From: Candidatus Aldehydirespiratoraceae bacterium
GTDB taxonomy: Bacteria; Actinomycetota; Acidimicrobiia; Acidimicrobiales; Aldehydirespiratoraceae
DNA length: 64,000 nucleotides
NCBI GenBank assembly: GCA_965261185.1
Contig: CBDHCN010000002.1
Span: forward strand, 2,272,813-2,336,812
Direction of reading: 5' to 3'
Below are positions 1 to 8,946 of the stretch, piece after piece. Position numbers and translations under genes: made by a program. Under the pieces are notes generated by a model. That model did no database searches and was not told where the DNA came from. It worked only from the letters and a program-made list of their open reading frames with translations. Numbering within the stretch: the stretch's first letter is position 1; every line of letters starts with the position of its first letter.

Positions 1-1201
1 GAATGAACATCTCCTTGACCCGTCCAGCGAGCCGGTAACAACCAGCGGAATCCACACGAACCAGATCCCCGGTCCGAAGCCAGCCATCGACTAGGGCCTC
101 TGCGGTCGCTTCGGGGTCGTTCCAGTAGCCCGACATTGTGCAAGCTGAGCGCAACCACAGTTCGCCGATCTTTCCGCGGATGACGGGTTCTCCGGCTTCG
201 TTGCGTAGGGCCGCCTCGACGCCGGGGCGGGGTCGCCCGATGGTGTTGAGCGCTTCTTCGTCGTCGGCGTCGAGGTCGGTGCCAAGTCCGATCCCGCCGC
301 TTTCAGTCGACGAGTAGCGGATTGAATAGGGCGCGTCGAATCTTTTTCGGGCATCGCGCACCAGTGCCGGTGGAGAGGCGGCGCCGCCGACAACGATGGC
401 TTGCACCGCGGAGAAATCGAGTTCGTTGATCGATGGGTGTGCCAGCATGAGCGCTATCTGAGGTGCGACGCCGGTCACTGCCGGCATGCGGTGTTCGGCG
501 ATGAGGCCTAGCACGGGTCCGGCAGACCAGCGTTCCAGCAGATGGGTGGTTCTGCCGCTGGCCAACAGCCACGGCAGTTTGGTCATGAAACCGACGTGTG
601 CGAATTGGGTGGAGCTGATGCCGTGCCCGCCACCGCCCCAGGCACCCCCGGTATCGAGTTCGACGATCTGTTCCAGTTGGCGGTTGGCGTACCAGGCACC
701 TTTCGGTAGGCCTGTGGAACCGCTGGTGAAGCACACGCACACAGCTCGGTCCAGATCTTCGGTTAGAGGCGCAACGGGGTGAGCTTCGGCGATCCTGAAC
801 TCGGCTGCCGCGGTTTCGGCGCTGGTGCCGGGAGTGAGATTTCCGCAGGTGAAGCGCTTGGCGTCGACAGTGCCCGACAGGTCGTTGCCGACGATGGCCA
901 GCTTCGGGTTGAGGACTTCAAGGCACGCGTTGATCTCCCGGGCGGTGAGCTTCGGGTTGATGCCGGAGGTGACTGCACCTAAACGGGCGAGAGCGAGGAA
1001 CAGAACCACATAGTCGATCGTGGATTCGAGCACGAGGGCCACTGCGTCTTTGTCGCCGATGTCTCGTGCTGCGAGTCCGGCAGCGGCTTCATCGGCAGCC
1101 TGATCGAGTTCCGCATAGGTGATCCCCCAACCCTGCTGCGTGCGGTAAGCCGTAGTGTCGGCGAAGTCCACAGCCACCCGACGTGCAATCCTAGTAAGCA
1201 C
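1..1201 (-). CDS. AMP-dependent acyl-CoA synthetase/ligase; C-terminal end runs off the window
   Basis: My own translation of the minus frame is stop-free from the GTG at 1199-1201 to the window edge. It contains VCFTSGSTGLPKGAW (AMP-binding P-loop, about 700-745) and GWLRTGDLV near position 60. It is absent from the ORF track, presumably because it is truncated by the window edge. Confidence 0.8.
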   Translation of the reverse strand, partial: MLTRIARRVAVDFADTTAYRTQQGWGITYAELDQAADEAAAGLAARDIGDKDAVALVLESTIDYVVLFLALARLGAVTSGINPKLTAREINACLEVLNPKLAIVGNDLSGTVDAKRFTCGNLTPGTSAETAAAEFRIAEAHPVAPLTEDLDRAVCVCFTSGSTGLPKGAWYANRQLEQIVELDTGGAWGGGGHGISSTQFAHVGFMTKLPWLLASGRTTHLLERWSAGPVLGLIAEHRMPAVTGVAPQIALMLAHPSINELDFSAVQAIVVGGAASPPALVRDARKRFDAPYSIRYSSTESGGIGLGTDLDADDEEALNTIGRPRPGVEAALRNEAGEPVIRGKIGELWLRSACTMSGYWNDPEATAEALVDGWLRTGDLVRVDSAGCYRLAGRVKEMFI

Positions 1202-1248
1202 CCCAGAAGCGTAGACCCGTCGACGACAGCACCGACAGCGGAGAGACG

Positions 1249-2316
1249 ATGCCCATCGAAATTGAATATTACGGAAACGCCACCGGCGGTGAGACCCACA
1301 CGGTGACGCTCAGTTGCGGGGCGTTGAAGGCCGTGTTCTGCGACTACGGGGCGCGACTATTGGAGCTCTGGGTGCCGGACCGCAACGGGGATCTCGCTGA
1401 TGTCGTGCTGGCCAACGGCAACATCGAGGCCCTCGAAGCTGGCAACACATATTTTGGGGCGACCTGTGGCCGTTTCGCGAACCGGATCAAAGGCGGCCGG
1501 TTCACGCTCGACGGTCAGCGCTATCAGGTTGGTTTGAACAACGGTCCGAACCATCTTCACGGCGGCCCGGTCGGATTCGACAAGCACGTTTGGCGCATCG
1601 AAGTCGACGAAACCAACAACGACGAAACCAACAACGCAGTCCGATTTTCGATGGTTTCGCCGGACGGCGACCAGGGCTATCCCGGTGAAGTCACGGCCAG
1701 CGTTGAGTACACGCTCGGGCCAGACTCGTTGGGCATCGCCATGACCGCCGAAACGACCTCGCCCACCTTGGTCAATCTGGTGAACCACGCTTATTGGAAT
1801 TTGGCGGGTCACAATACGGGCCATGTGCTCGACCAGCACGTTCAGATAGCGGCGGACTTCTATACCACGGCAGATGTCGAACTCATCGCCACAGGTGAAG
1901 TCAGTCCGGTTGCAGGCACCCCTTACGATTTCCGTGAGCTTCGTCGCGTCGGTGACGCGATCCAAGCACTCGATCAAACCGCTGGTCGTGAAGGCGCTGA
2001 ATATGGTCTTGACCGCAACTGGGTGCTGCGCGGCGAACCCGAAACGATGCGCCACGCCGCAACCGCAGTCGATTATTCCTCGGGTCGACTGCTCGACGTG
2101 TCGACGACCGCGCCGGGTGTGCATTTCTACACCGCTGGTGGTCTCAGCGATGCTGACGTGGGCAAAGGCAACGCCGAATACTGCCGGTTCGCGGGCTACT
2201 GCTTTGAGACGCAGCACTTCCCGGATTCACCGAACCAGCCGCATTTTCCATCAGCCCGGCTTGATCCAGGGGAGGTCTACGATCACCGTATGAAGATTGA
2301 GTTCTCGATCGGTTAG
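1249..2316 (+). CDS. galM: aldose 1-epimerase (galactose mutarotase)
   Basis: 355-aa ORF with GRFANRIKGGRFTLDGQRYQVGLNNGPNHLHGG and a C-terminal CFETQHFPDSPN motif, both typical of mutarotases. Confidence 0.85.
   Translation: MPIEIEYYGNATGGETHTVTLSCGALKAVFCDYGARLLELWVPDRNGDLADVVLANGNIEALEAGNTYFGATCGRFANRIKGGRFTLDGQRYQVGLNNGPNHLHGGPVGFDKHVWRIEVDETNNDETNNAVRFSMVSPDGDQGYPGEVTASVEYTLGPDSLGIAMTAETTSPTLVNLVNHAYWNLAGHNTGHVLDQHVQIAADFYTTADVELIATGEVSPVAGTPYDFRELRRVGDAIQALDQTAGREGAEYGLDRNWVLRGEPETMRHAATAVDYSSGRLLDVSTTAPGVHFYTAGGLSDADVGKGNAEYCRFAGYCFETQHFPDSPNQPHFPSARLDPGEVYDHRMKIEFSIG
1606..1635. repeat. perfect 15-bp tandem duplication (gacgaaaccaacaac x2) inside galM, encoding DETNN-DETNN
   Basis: Read directly from the sequence. 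The duplication is in-frame. Confidence 0.9.
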
Positions 2317-2354
2317 CTGCCAGGGCGCTGTGGGGGCGGTACTGTGCGAGGCCG

Positions 2355-3155
2355 ATGCCGGTGATTGATGTAAACCGTGTGCCGGTGGCTTGGCGCGAAG
2401 CGGGCCAAGGTGAGGTGCTGCTGTTCCTCCACGGGTTGGGACTGACCCGTACCAGTTGGGATTCGCAGTTGCGCGATCTGTCGGACCGGTGGCGTTGTGT
2501 CGCTTGGGACATGCCGGGTTATGGAATGTCTTCACCGGTCGAACCGTTGACCTTTGGCGCGATTGCCGATGCTGCGGCGAGTTTGCTTGATGTGCTCGAA
2601 GTGGAGCGGGCACATGTCTGTGGGTTGTCGTTCGGTGGTCAACAGGCTTTGCATTTCACGCTCGGCCATCCTGATCGGGTTGCGAGTTTGATCTTGGCCG
2701 GTACCAGCGCGGTGTTCGGCGCTGACGGCACCGATCCCGAGGCATGGCTCGAAGCCCGCCTCGCCCCCCTGGAGGCAGGGTTGACACCGGCAGATTTCGC
2801 GCAGGAGGTTCTGTGTTCGGTAGCGGGTCCGGAGTTTGGCGGCGACTCGTTGGCGGCGGCTGCCGCGTCGTTTTCGCGGATCACGTCGGCCGGTTTGCGA
2901 GCAGCTTGCGAATGCCTTTCCACCCATGATGTGAGCGGCCGTCTCGGCGAGATCACGGCGCCTACGATGGTGATCGTCGGCGAACTCGATGAGGAAACCC
3001 CGCCGGCTTACAGCAGGTTCCTGGCCGACCGTATTTCTAGTGCTGAGCTGGTGGTGATCGACGGGGTTGGCCATCTCAGTCCGTGCGAGGCTCCCGAGGC
3101 TTTCAATGCCGCTGTTCGGCGTTTTCTCGTTGACGCCGGTACTGTGCGGCCATGA
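2355..3155 (+). CDS. alpha/beta-fold hydrolase (enol-lactonase-like)
   Basis: 266 aa with an HG oxyanion region (LLFLHGLG), a nucleophile elbow GLSFGG and a C-terminal GHLS histidine motif. There is a 4-nt overlap with the next gene. Confidence 0.75.
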   Translation: MPVIDVNRVPVAWREAGQGEVLLFLHGLGLTRTSWDSQLRDLSDRWRCVAWDMPGYGMSSPVEPLTFGAIADAAASLLDVLEVERAHVCGLSFGGQQALHFTLGHPDRVASLILAGTSAVFGADGTDPEAWLEARLAPLEAGLTPADFAQEVLCSVAGPEFGGDSLAAAAASFSRITSAGLRAACECLSTHDVSGRLGEITAPTMVIVGELDEETPPAYSRFLADRISSAELVVIDGVGHLSPCEAPEAFNAAVRRFLVDAGTVRP

Positions 3156-4354
3156 TTGCAGGGCCACGAACCCGCAACACCGGCATCCATACCGCGGCGC
3201 GCGCCGAACTTGTGGAGATGATCGCCGAGTTGGGCCCTACCTTTGCGGCACGCGCAGTTGAATACGACCGCAAAGCGCTTTTTCCGACCGAGAACTGGGC
3301 TGATCTCAAAGCCGCGGGCCTGCTTGGCATTTGTATCCCAACCTCTGCGGGTGGGTTGGGGGGTGACTTTGTGGGGTATGCACTGGCTGCGGAGGAGCTG
3401 GGACGTCATTGTGCAGCTACCGCGCTGACTTTCAATATGCATGTTGCCACCACACTGTTGGTCGGGCAGATCGGCGACGACATGGACCTCACAGCCGCTG
3501 AGCGGTCGGCGCTGCAGAAACGCAGGGCGAAACTACGTCGGGGCATTGTGGAAGACGGCATGATTCACAGTCAGCCGTTTTCAGAGGGAATTTCGGTGGG
3601 TGCGACCGAAGGGTTTGCCACCCGGGCGGTTCCTGTCGATGGGGGATACCGGGTGACCGGTCGAAAGATATTTGCGTCGTTGAGTGGCGCGGCGGACATT
3701 CACAATGTTGTGTGCATGGTTGAGGGTGATTCCAGGGTGCGGCTTCTTGGAGTTCCCGCTGATGCTCCTGGGGTTACGCTTGAGGGCGACTGGGATCCGC
3801 TTGGTATGAGGGCGACCGATTCTCGAACCTTGGTCTTGACTGAGGTGTTCGTCCCCCTCGAACACGAGTGGATCCCGCCGGGAATGTTCGACCAGGCGGC
3901 GCTTCGATGGCCATACTTCTACATGACGTTGTCGTTTGCGTACCTCGGTTTGATGCGAGCGATTCTCGATGCAACTGCTGAGTATCTGATCGGTGCAGAC
4001 GGCCCGACCGAACGCCGTGACCATCCTCTGAAGCAGCAGGGCTGGGCCGCGATGAATCTGAAGTACGACGAGGTTCAGTCGTTGTGCTACCGGGTGCTGG
4101 GCGAGGTTGGTGTGGATTCTTCAGCGGATGCTGTTCGACGGGCTTGGAGTTCGGTGGTGTCGACGATGGAAGGCGCCCCAGTTCTGGCCTCAACCGCTAT
4201 CCGCATCTGTGGTGGTCGTTCGATGTTGCGGCCGTCTCGGCTGGAGCAGTACTACCGTGACTCCCGCTGTGGTGCGGCAATGCTGCCATGGAGCGTGGAG
4301 GTATGTCTGGAGCGTCTCGGTCGTAGCGGTTTGTACCCCGAGGCGGCAACGTGA
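3152..4354 (+). CDS. acyl-CoA dehydrogenase family protein
   Basis: 400 aa with ACAD-like N/M/C layout. ATGA overlap upstream and GTGA overlap downstream indicate operon coupling. Confidence 0.7.
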   Translation: MIAGPRTRNTGIHTAARAELVEMIAELGPTFAARAVEYDRKALFPTENWADLKAAGLLGICIPTSAGGLGGDFVGYALAAEELGRHCAATALTFNMHVATTLLVGQIGDDMDLTAAERSALQKRRAKLRRGIVEDGMIHSQPFSEGISVGATEGFATRAVPVDGGYRVTGRKIFASLSGAADIHNVVCMVEGDSRVRLLGVPADAPGVTLEGDWDPLGMRATDSRTLVLTEVFVPLEHEWIPPGMFDQAALRWPYFYMTLSFAYLGLMRAILDATAEYLIGADGPTERRDHPLKQQGWAAMNLKYDEVQSLCYRVLGEVGVDSSADAVRRAWSSVVSTMEGAPVLASTAIRICGGRSMLRPSRLEQYYRDSRCGAAMLPWSVEVCLERLGRSGLYPEAAT

Positions 4355-5394
4355 ACACGCAATGGCGTTGGGTTGAGCGCTACGCCCAACAGTTCAACGC
4401 TTGTGAAGTGAAACGAGGCGATGTGGCGGTGGTTTTGACCGAGACCACAAGCAACCCGGTGGTGGCCTCGACTGCCCGCCTAGCACTCGAAACACTCGGT
4501 GCAGCCGTGATCGACGTGGTGCTGACCACACCGCCCAACCCGGGTCCGGTGCCGATCCGCTCCACAGGGGCGTCACAGGCGTTGCAGAACAACCGGTCGG
4601 CTGTCGCCGCGTTGAGCGCCGCTGATTTCGTCGCCGATTGCACGGTCGAGGGTTTACTGCACGCAGCAGAGCTGGCTGAGATTCTTGCGGGTGGCGTTCG
4701 GGTGTTGATGATTTCTAATGAGCACCCAGAAAACGTTGAACGATGGCCGCACGATCCGACATTGGCTCAGCGTGTCAATACTGGCGTGGAACGTCTGAAA
4801 GCTGCCGAGGTGATGAGGGTCACGTCGGCGGTGGGCACTGATTTGACGGTGCGGCTCGCCGGGGCGTTTGTCGCGGGTTCGTTTGGTTGGTGCACCGAGG
4901 AGGGTTCGATCGCTCATTGGCCCGGCGGGCTCGTCCTGTGTTTCCCGGCAGCCCACAGTGTTGACGGCACAATCGTTTTGGCTCCCGGCGACGTGAATCT
5001 GACGTTCAAACAATATCTGCGCGATCCGATCGAATTGACCGTCCGCAACGACTACGTCACTGAGATTGAGGGTTCAGGTGTGGACGCTGAGTTGTTCCGG
5101 TCGTATTTGTCGTCGTTTGACGAACCCGAAGCGTATGCGGTCAGCCATGTCGGCTGGGGCATGAACGAGGCAGCGCGTTGGGATGCGATGGCGATGTGGG
5201 ACAAAACCGATTTCAACGGCACCGAATTGCGGGCTTTCGCCGGCAACTTCCTCTACTCGACCGGCGCCAACGAAGTGGCAGGCAGGTTCTGCCGCGGGCA
5301 TTTCGACCTGCCAATGAGATCATGCACCGTAACCTTGGACGGCGAAGCTGTGGTCGTTGACGGTGAGTTGTCACCCGAGCTTCGTAGCCGCTAG
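4351..5394 (+). CDS. M29/aminopeptidase-T-fold protein resembling 2,5-dihydroxypyridine dioxygenase NicX
   Basis: 347 aa. SHVGWG and GHFDLP segments recall the NicX-type metal-ligand regions. The assignment is from memory of the family, not from a search. Confidence 0.5.
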   Translation: MNTQWRWVERYAQQFNACEVKRGDVAVVLTETTSNPVVASTARLALETLGAAVIDVVLTTPPNPGPVPIRSTGASQALQNNRSAVAALSAADFVADCTVEGLLHAAELAEILAGGVRVLMISNEHPENVERWPHDPTLAQRVNTGVERLKAAEVMRVTSAVGTDLTVRLAGAFVAGSFGWCTEEGSIAHWPGGLVLCFPAAHSVDGTIVLAPGDVNLTFKQYLRDPIELTVRNDYVTEIEGSGVDAELFRSYLSSFDEPEAYAVSHVGWGMNEAARWDAMAMWDKTDFNGTELRAFAGNFLYSTGANEVAGRFCRGHFDLPMRSCTVTLDGEAVVVDGELSPELRSR

Positions 5395-6704
5395 TGGTAG
5401 TTCAGGTATTGGGAGATTTCCCACTCAGATACCTGGTCTGAGGGTTCTGGGCTCCCGCCTGCGGCGATGTAGCGGTCCCATTCGTTACCTTTGTTGAATA
5501 GGAAGTTGGCACACAAGTCCGCTCCGAGCGCCGCAATGAGAGCGGAATCAGCGGAGAGGTCGGCGAGCGCATCGCCGAGATTGTCAGCGCTGGATACGTC
5601 GGTGTTGATCTCCTCGAAACCGTCGGTGGTCAGCGGCTCGGGGCACGCCAGTTCCTCGGTTACTCCAAGCCGCGCCGCTTGCAGAACTGCGGCCGCGGCG
5701 AGGTGAATGTTGGCGCTTCCGTCGGCAAGGCGACTCTCGATCCTGGTGGCCGCCCCGCGAGCGTCGGGGACTCTGTTGCAGGCGAAACGATGCTCGTAAC
5801 CCCAGTTTGCCCAGTATCCGGCGAACTCTCCTGGTCGAAGGCGTCGGTAGGCGTTGACCGTTGGCGCGCAAAACGCAGTCATGGCTTTGTGGTGCATACA
5901 CAACCCGGCCAGCGAGCTTCGCGCCAAAGCTGACAACCCGTCCGAGGCGTTGACGTCGATGAAAGCGTTGTGACCGTCGGGACCGTTGAGAGAAAAATTC
6001 ACATGTACGCCCGAGCCGCTCATGTTGTTGAAGGGCTTGCCCATGAAGGTGAGGTCTTGGCCCCGCTTGAGGGCGATCTCTCGGGCCATGACACGAAACA
6101 GGAATGCATCATCGGCTGCGGCGAGGGCCTCATCGTGTTGCAGTGTCAATTCGAATTGGGACTCGTCGAACTCGGCGTTGACCGACTCAAGTTTCAGTCC
6201 GGATGCGGCGGATACCCACATGATCTCGTCGATGATTCCGGTCGGGTCTGCGGTTGCTCCGGTGCCGTAGACGTAAGACCGTGGCGCCGGTTGCAGTCGC
6301 CAACCTCCGGTGTTGTCGGGTTCGAGCACATATGCCTCAAGTTCGAACCCGATTCGGGGCGTGTACCCCAGATCCTGCCAATCAGCGATTGCCTTTTGTA
6401 AAGCGAAACGTGCTGCGAACGGGTAGGGCTCACCTTCGAACTCGAGATGTCCGACGGCGACTGAGGTGCGGTCGTCTTCCCATCCGGGTTTCAGGGTTTG
6501 GGGATCGAAGTTGCTTTGCACGTCTTTGAGCCCTTCAAGCATGTAGGACCCGGGCGCGGGACTCACGCTTCGGTCGTAGCCCAAGCCGAACACCGATGCG
6601 CAGTGACCGGTACCGCGACCTGCGATATCGGCTGGCAAGTATTTTCCACGGGCGATCCCGAGATGATCCGGCCACATCACCCTGATGCGTTCGTATTCGC
6701 CCAT
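5391..6704 (-). CDS. glutamine synthetase family protein (gamma-glutamyl-amine ligase-like)
   Basis: GS catalytic-domain motifs are present (NAEFDESQFELTLQ, SGSGVHVNFSL, NAYRRL, R.ESRLADGSAN). The likely start is the ATG at 6704, preceded by aggaga. The track ORF extends to 6857 but would run into the divergent gene. Confidence 0.8.
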   Translation of the reverse strand: MGEYERIRVMWPDHLGIARGKYLPADIAGRGTGHCASVFGLGYDRSVSPAPGSYMLEGLKDVQSNFDPQTLKPGWEDDRTSVAVGHLEFEGEPYPFAARFALQKAIADWQDLGYTPRIGFELEAYVLEPDNTGGWRLQPAPRSYVYGTGATADPTGIIDEIMWVSAASGLKLESVNAEFDESQFELTLQHDEALAAADDAFLFRVMAREIALKRGQDLTFMGKPFNNMSGSGVHVNFSLNGPDGHNAFIDVNASDGLSALARSSLAGLCMHHKAMTAFCAPTVNAYRRLRPGEFAGYWANWGYEHRFACNRVPDARGAATRIESRLADGSANIHLAAAAVLQAARLGVTEELACPEPLTTDGFEEINTDVSSADNLGDALADLSADSALIAALGADLCANFLFNKGNEWDRYIAAGGSPEPSDQVSEWEISQYLNYH

Positions 6705-6804
6705 CTGATCTCCTAACAATCGGCCTCTACAGGATAAGACGCATCGGTTCGGACCGAGACGCGAGTTCGGAGGAACGCCTAGGGCATGGGTACGCTCGCG
6801 GGTC

Positions 6805-8028
6805 ATGGATGCTTGGAACGATCCCGCGCTCGACGCTTTCGCTGACGAAGTCCGCACTTGGATTGAAGAGCACTGCGTTGGCGAGTTTGCTGCATACCGG
6901 GGCCGCGGTTGGACCGGCCAAGAGGATGTACCCGTTGAGGTTCAGTGGTCTTGGGAGAAGGAGTTGGCATCTGGTGGTTGGCTGGGGATCGACTTCCCCA
7001 CTTGGATCGGCGGACGGGGCTGTTCGCTGGCTGAGCAGGTGGTTTTTCATCGGACTTATGTTGAGGCGCGCGCGCCTGGACGTTTGCCCAACATGGGCCT
7101 GACTTTGTTGGGTCCGACGTTGATGGCGTTTGGCAGCGAGTCTCAGCAGCGCCGTTTCGTGCCCCGCATCCTCACGGCGCAGGATTACTGGTGCCAGGGA
7201 TATTCGGAGCCGGACGCGGGTTCTGATTTGGCCAATGTCAAGACCCGGGCTGAGCTTGTTGACGGGCGTTGGATCATCAACGGTCAGAAAGTCTGGACTT
7301 CGCTGGCACAGTACGCCCAATGGATTTTTATGGTGGCCCGCACTGAAGCAGGTTCGCAACGCCATGCGGGGCTGAGTTACCTGTTGGTGCCGATGGACCA
7401 GCCCAGTATTGAGATTCGTCCGATTGTGCAGATCACCGGCGGTTCGGAGTTCAACGAAACGTTCTTCTCTGACGCCCACACCGAGGAGTCTTTGGTTGTG
7501 GGCGGTGCTGGCAATGGTTGGAAAGTAGCGATGGGGACTTTGGGCTTCGAGAGAGGTGCCTCAACGTTGGGACAACAGGTCAGTTACCGCCAAGAGTTCG
7601 ATGATCTTGTTGCTCTGGCTAAAGACAATGGACGGTTGGCTGATCCGGTTGTGCGTCAGGAACTGGCCCGCAGCTTCGGCGAGTTGGAGATTCTGCGTTT
7701 CAACCAGTTGCGCATGCTCACCGCTATGACGAGCGGTGGGGTGCCGGGCCCCGAAATGTCGATCGGCAAGCTGTATTGGGCGTCGTGGCATCGTCGTATG
7801 GGCGAGTTGGCCATGCTGGTCCGTGGGGCAAGTGCCATGGTCGGGTCGCCTGAGGCGCACAACGGTCATCCGAGTTTCGGCGATTATGAGCTTCCCGATT
7901 ATGAGATCGACCGTGAGCAGCGCACCTTTCTGTACAGCCGTGCTCACACTATTTATGGCGGCTCCAATCAAATTCAACGCAACGTGATCGGTGAACGGGT
8001 TCTCGGCCTGCCCCGTGAGCCCCGCTGA
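6805..8028 (+). CDS. acyl-CoA dehydrogenase
   Basis: 407 aa with YWCQGYSEPDAGSDLA and a C-terminal YGGSNQIQRNVIGERVLGLP typical of ACADs. Confidence 0.85.
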   Translation: MDAWNDPALDAFADEVRTWIEEHCVGEFAAYRGRGWTGQEDVPVEVQWSWEKELASGGWLGIDFPTWIGGRGCSLAEQVVFHRTYVEARAPGRLPNMGLTLLGPTLMAFGSESQQRRFVPRILTAQDYWCQGYSEPDAGSDLANVKTRAELVDGRWIINGQKVWTSLAQYAQWIFMVARTEAGSQRHAGLSYLLVPMDQPSIEIRPIVQITGGSEFNETFFSDAHTEESLVVGGAGNGWKVAMGTLGFERGASTLGQQVSYRQEFDDLVALAKDNGRLADPVVRQELARSFGELEILRFNQLRMLTAMTSGGVPGPEMSIGKLYWASWHRRMGELAMLVRGASAMVGSPEAHNGHPSFGDYELPDYEIDREQRTFLYSRAHTIYGGSNQIQRNVIGERVLGLPREPR

Positions 8029-8115
8029 GCAACAAGGCAGGGGCAGTGTCAGTCGGCGTGGTTATGCTGGGGGTTGACTTGACCGACTGAAACAGACCGA
8101 GCAGAAGGAGCGGCT

Positions 8116-8946
8116 ATGGGCAGGATTCGCAACACGTTTGAACTGGCAAAACTCTCGTGGGGGGTGCTTAAGAAGGACCGCGAGTTGTTGGCGATTCCGG
8201 TTTTGTCGTTTCTCGTCTCCGCAGCGCTGTTGATTCCGCTTGTGTTTGCTGCGTTTGCTTTGGCCAGCACCGATTCTGGGACCACTGAAGAGACCACCGC
8301 GAGTCCCGCCATGGCGATCGTGGCGATCGTTGCCGCTTTGGGTCTGAGCGTGATCAGCGTCTTCTTCAACGGTGCCTTGGTCGCGGGCGCGCACGAACGG
8401 CTCACGGGTGGTGATCCGACCGTTGGTTCCGCAATACGCAAAGCGTTCAGCCGGATTCCAGGCTTGGTGCCCTGGGCGATACTTACCGCCACCGTTGGTC
8501 TGATTTTGCGTTCTCTTCGTGAGCGGGCAGGTTTTTTGGGTCGGATGGTAGTCAGCGCGGTTGGGATGGCCTGGGAAATCGCCACGTTCCTTGTTGTTCC
8601 AGCGATCATTATCGATGACAAAGGGGCTTGGGACGGCGTAAAGACCTCCGGTTCGTTGCTTAAGTCCACCTGGGGTGAAAACCTCGCGGCCCGGGTCGGG
8701 TTCGGGCTCTTAGGTTTCGTGGCAATTCTGCCAGCGATCCTCGTGGGTGCTGTCCTGGGTTCTTTGGGTGGTGCTGGCCTCATTCTCGGCATCATCATCG
8801 GGGTTGCCTGGATTGGACTTGTGGTCGTCGTGATGACAGCGCTCAATGCGGTGTTCCAGACAGCGCTTTATCTCTATGCAACATCGGGGATGGCCCCGAG
8901 CGGTTTCGAGGGTTCCAGCATCGGTCAGAGTTTCAAGCGCCGCTAA
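8116..8946 (+). CDS. polytopic integral membrane protein (possibly DUF6159-like)
   Basis: 276 aa with multiple hydrophobic segments. ggag lies upstream of the ATG. Confidence 0.6.
   Translation: MGRIRNTFELAKLSWGVLKKDRELLAIPVLSFLVSAALLIPLVFAAFALASTDSGTTEETTASPAMAIVAIVAALGLSVISVFFNGALVAGAHERLTGGDPTVGSAIRKAFSRIPGLVPWAILTATVGLILRSLRERAGFLGRMVVSAVGMAWEIATFLVVPAIIIDDKGAWDGVKTSGSLLKSTWGENLAARVGFGLLGFVAILPAILVGAVLGSLGGAGLILGIIIGVAWIGLVVVVMTALNAVFQTALYLYATSGMAPSGFEGSSIGQSFKRR

Noticed and set aside
5391-6857. Long N-terminal extensions of track ORFs (also 8943..10196, 23747..25900, 37839..40283, 61044..62273, 34084..35172, 42068..42778)
   Set aside because: The extensions overlap neighbouring genes or lack family similarity. 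I used internal starts with better context and homology logic, but the true starts remain uncertain.
8049-8846. 265-aa minus-strand ORF
   Set aside because: It is antisense to the membrane-protein gene 8116..8946. It is Pro/Ala/Thr/Arg-rich with no hydrophobic periodicity or motif.
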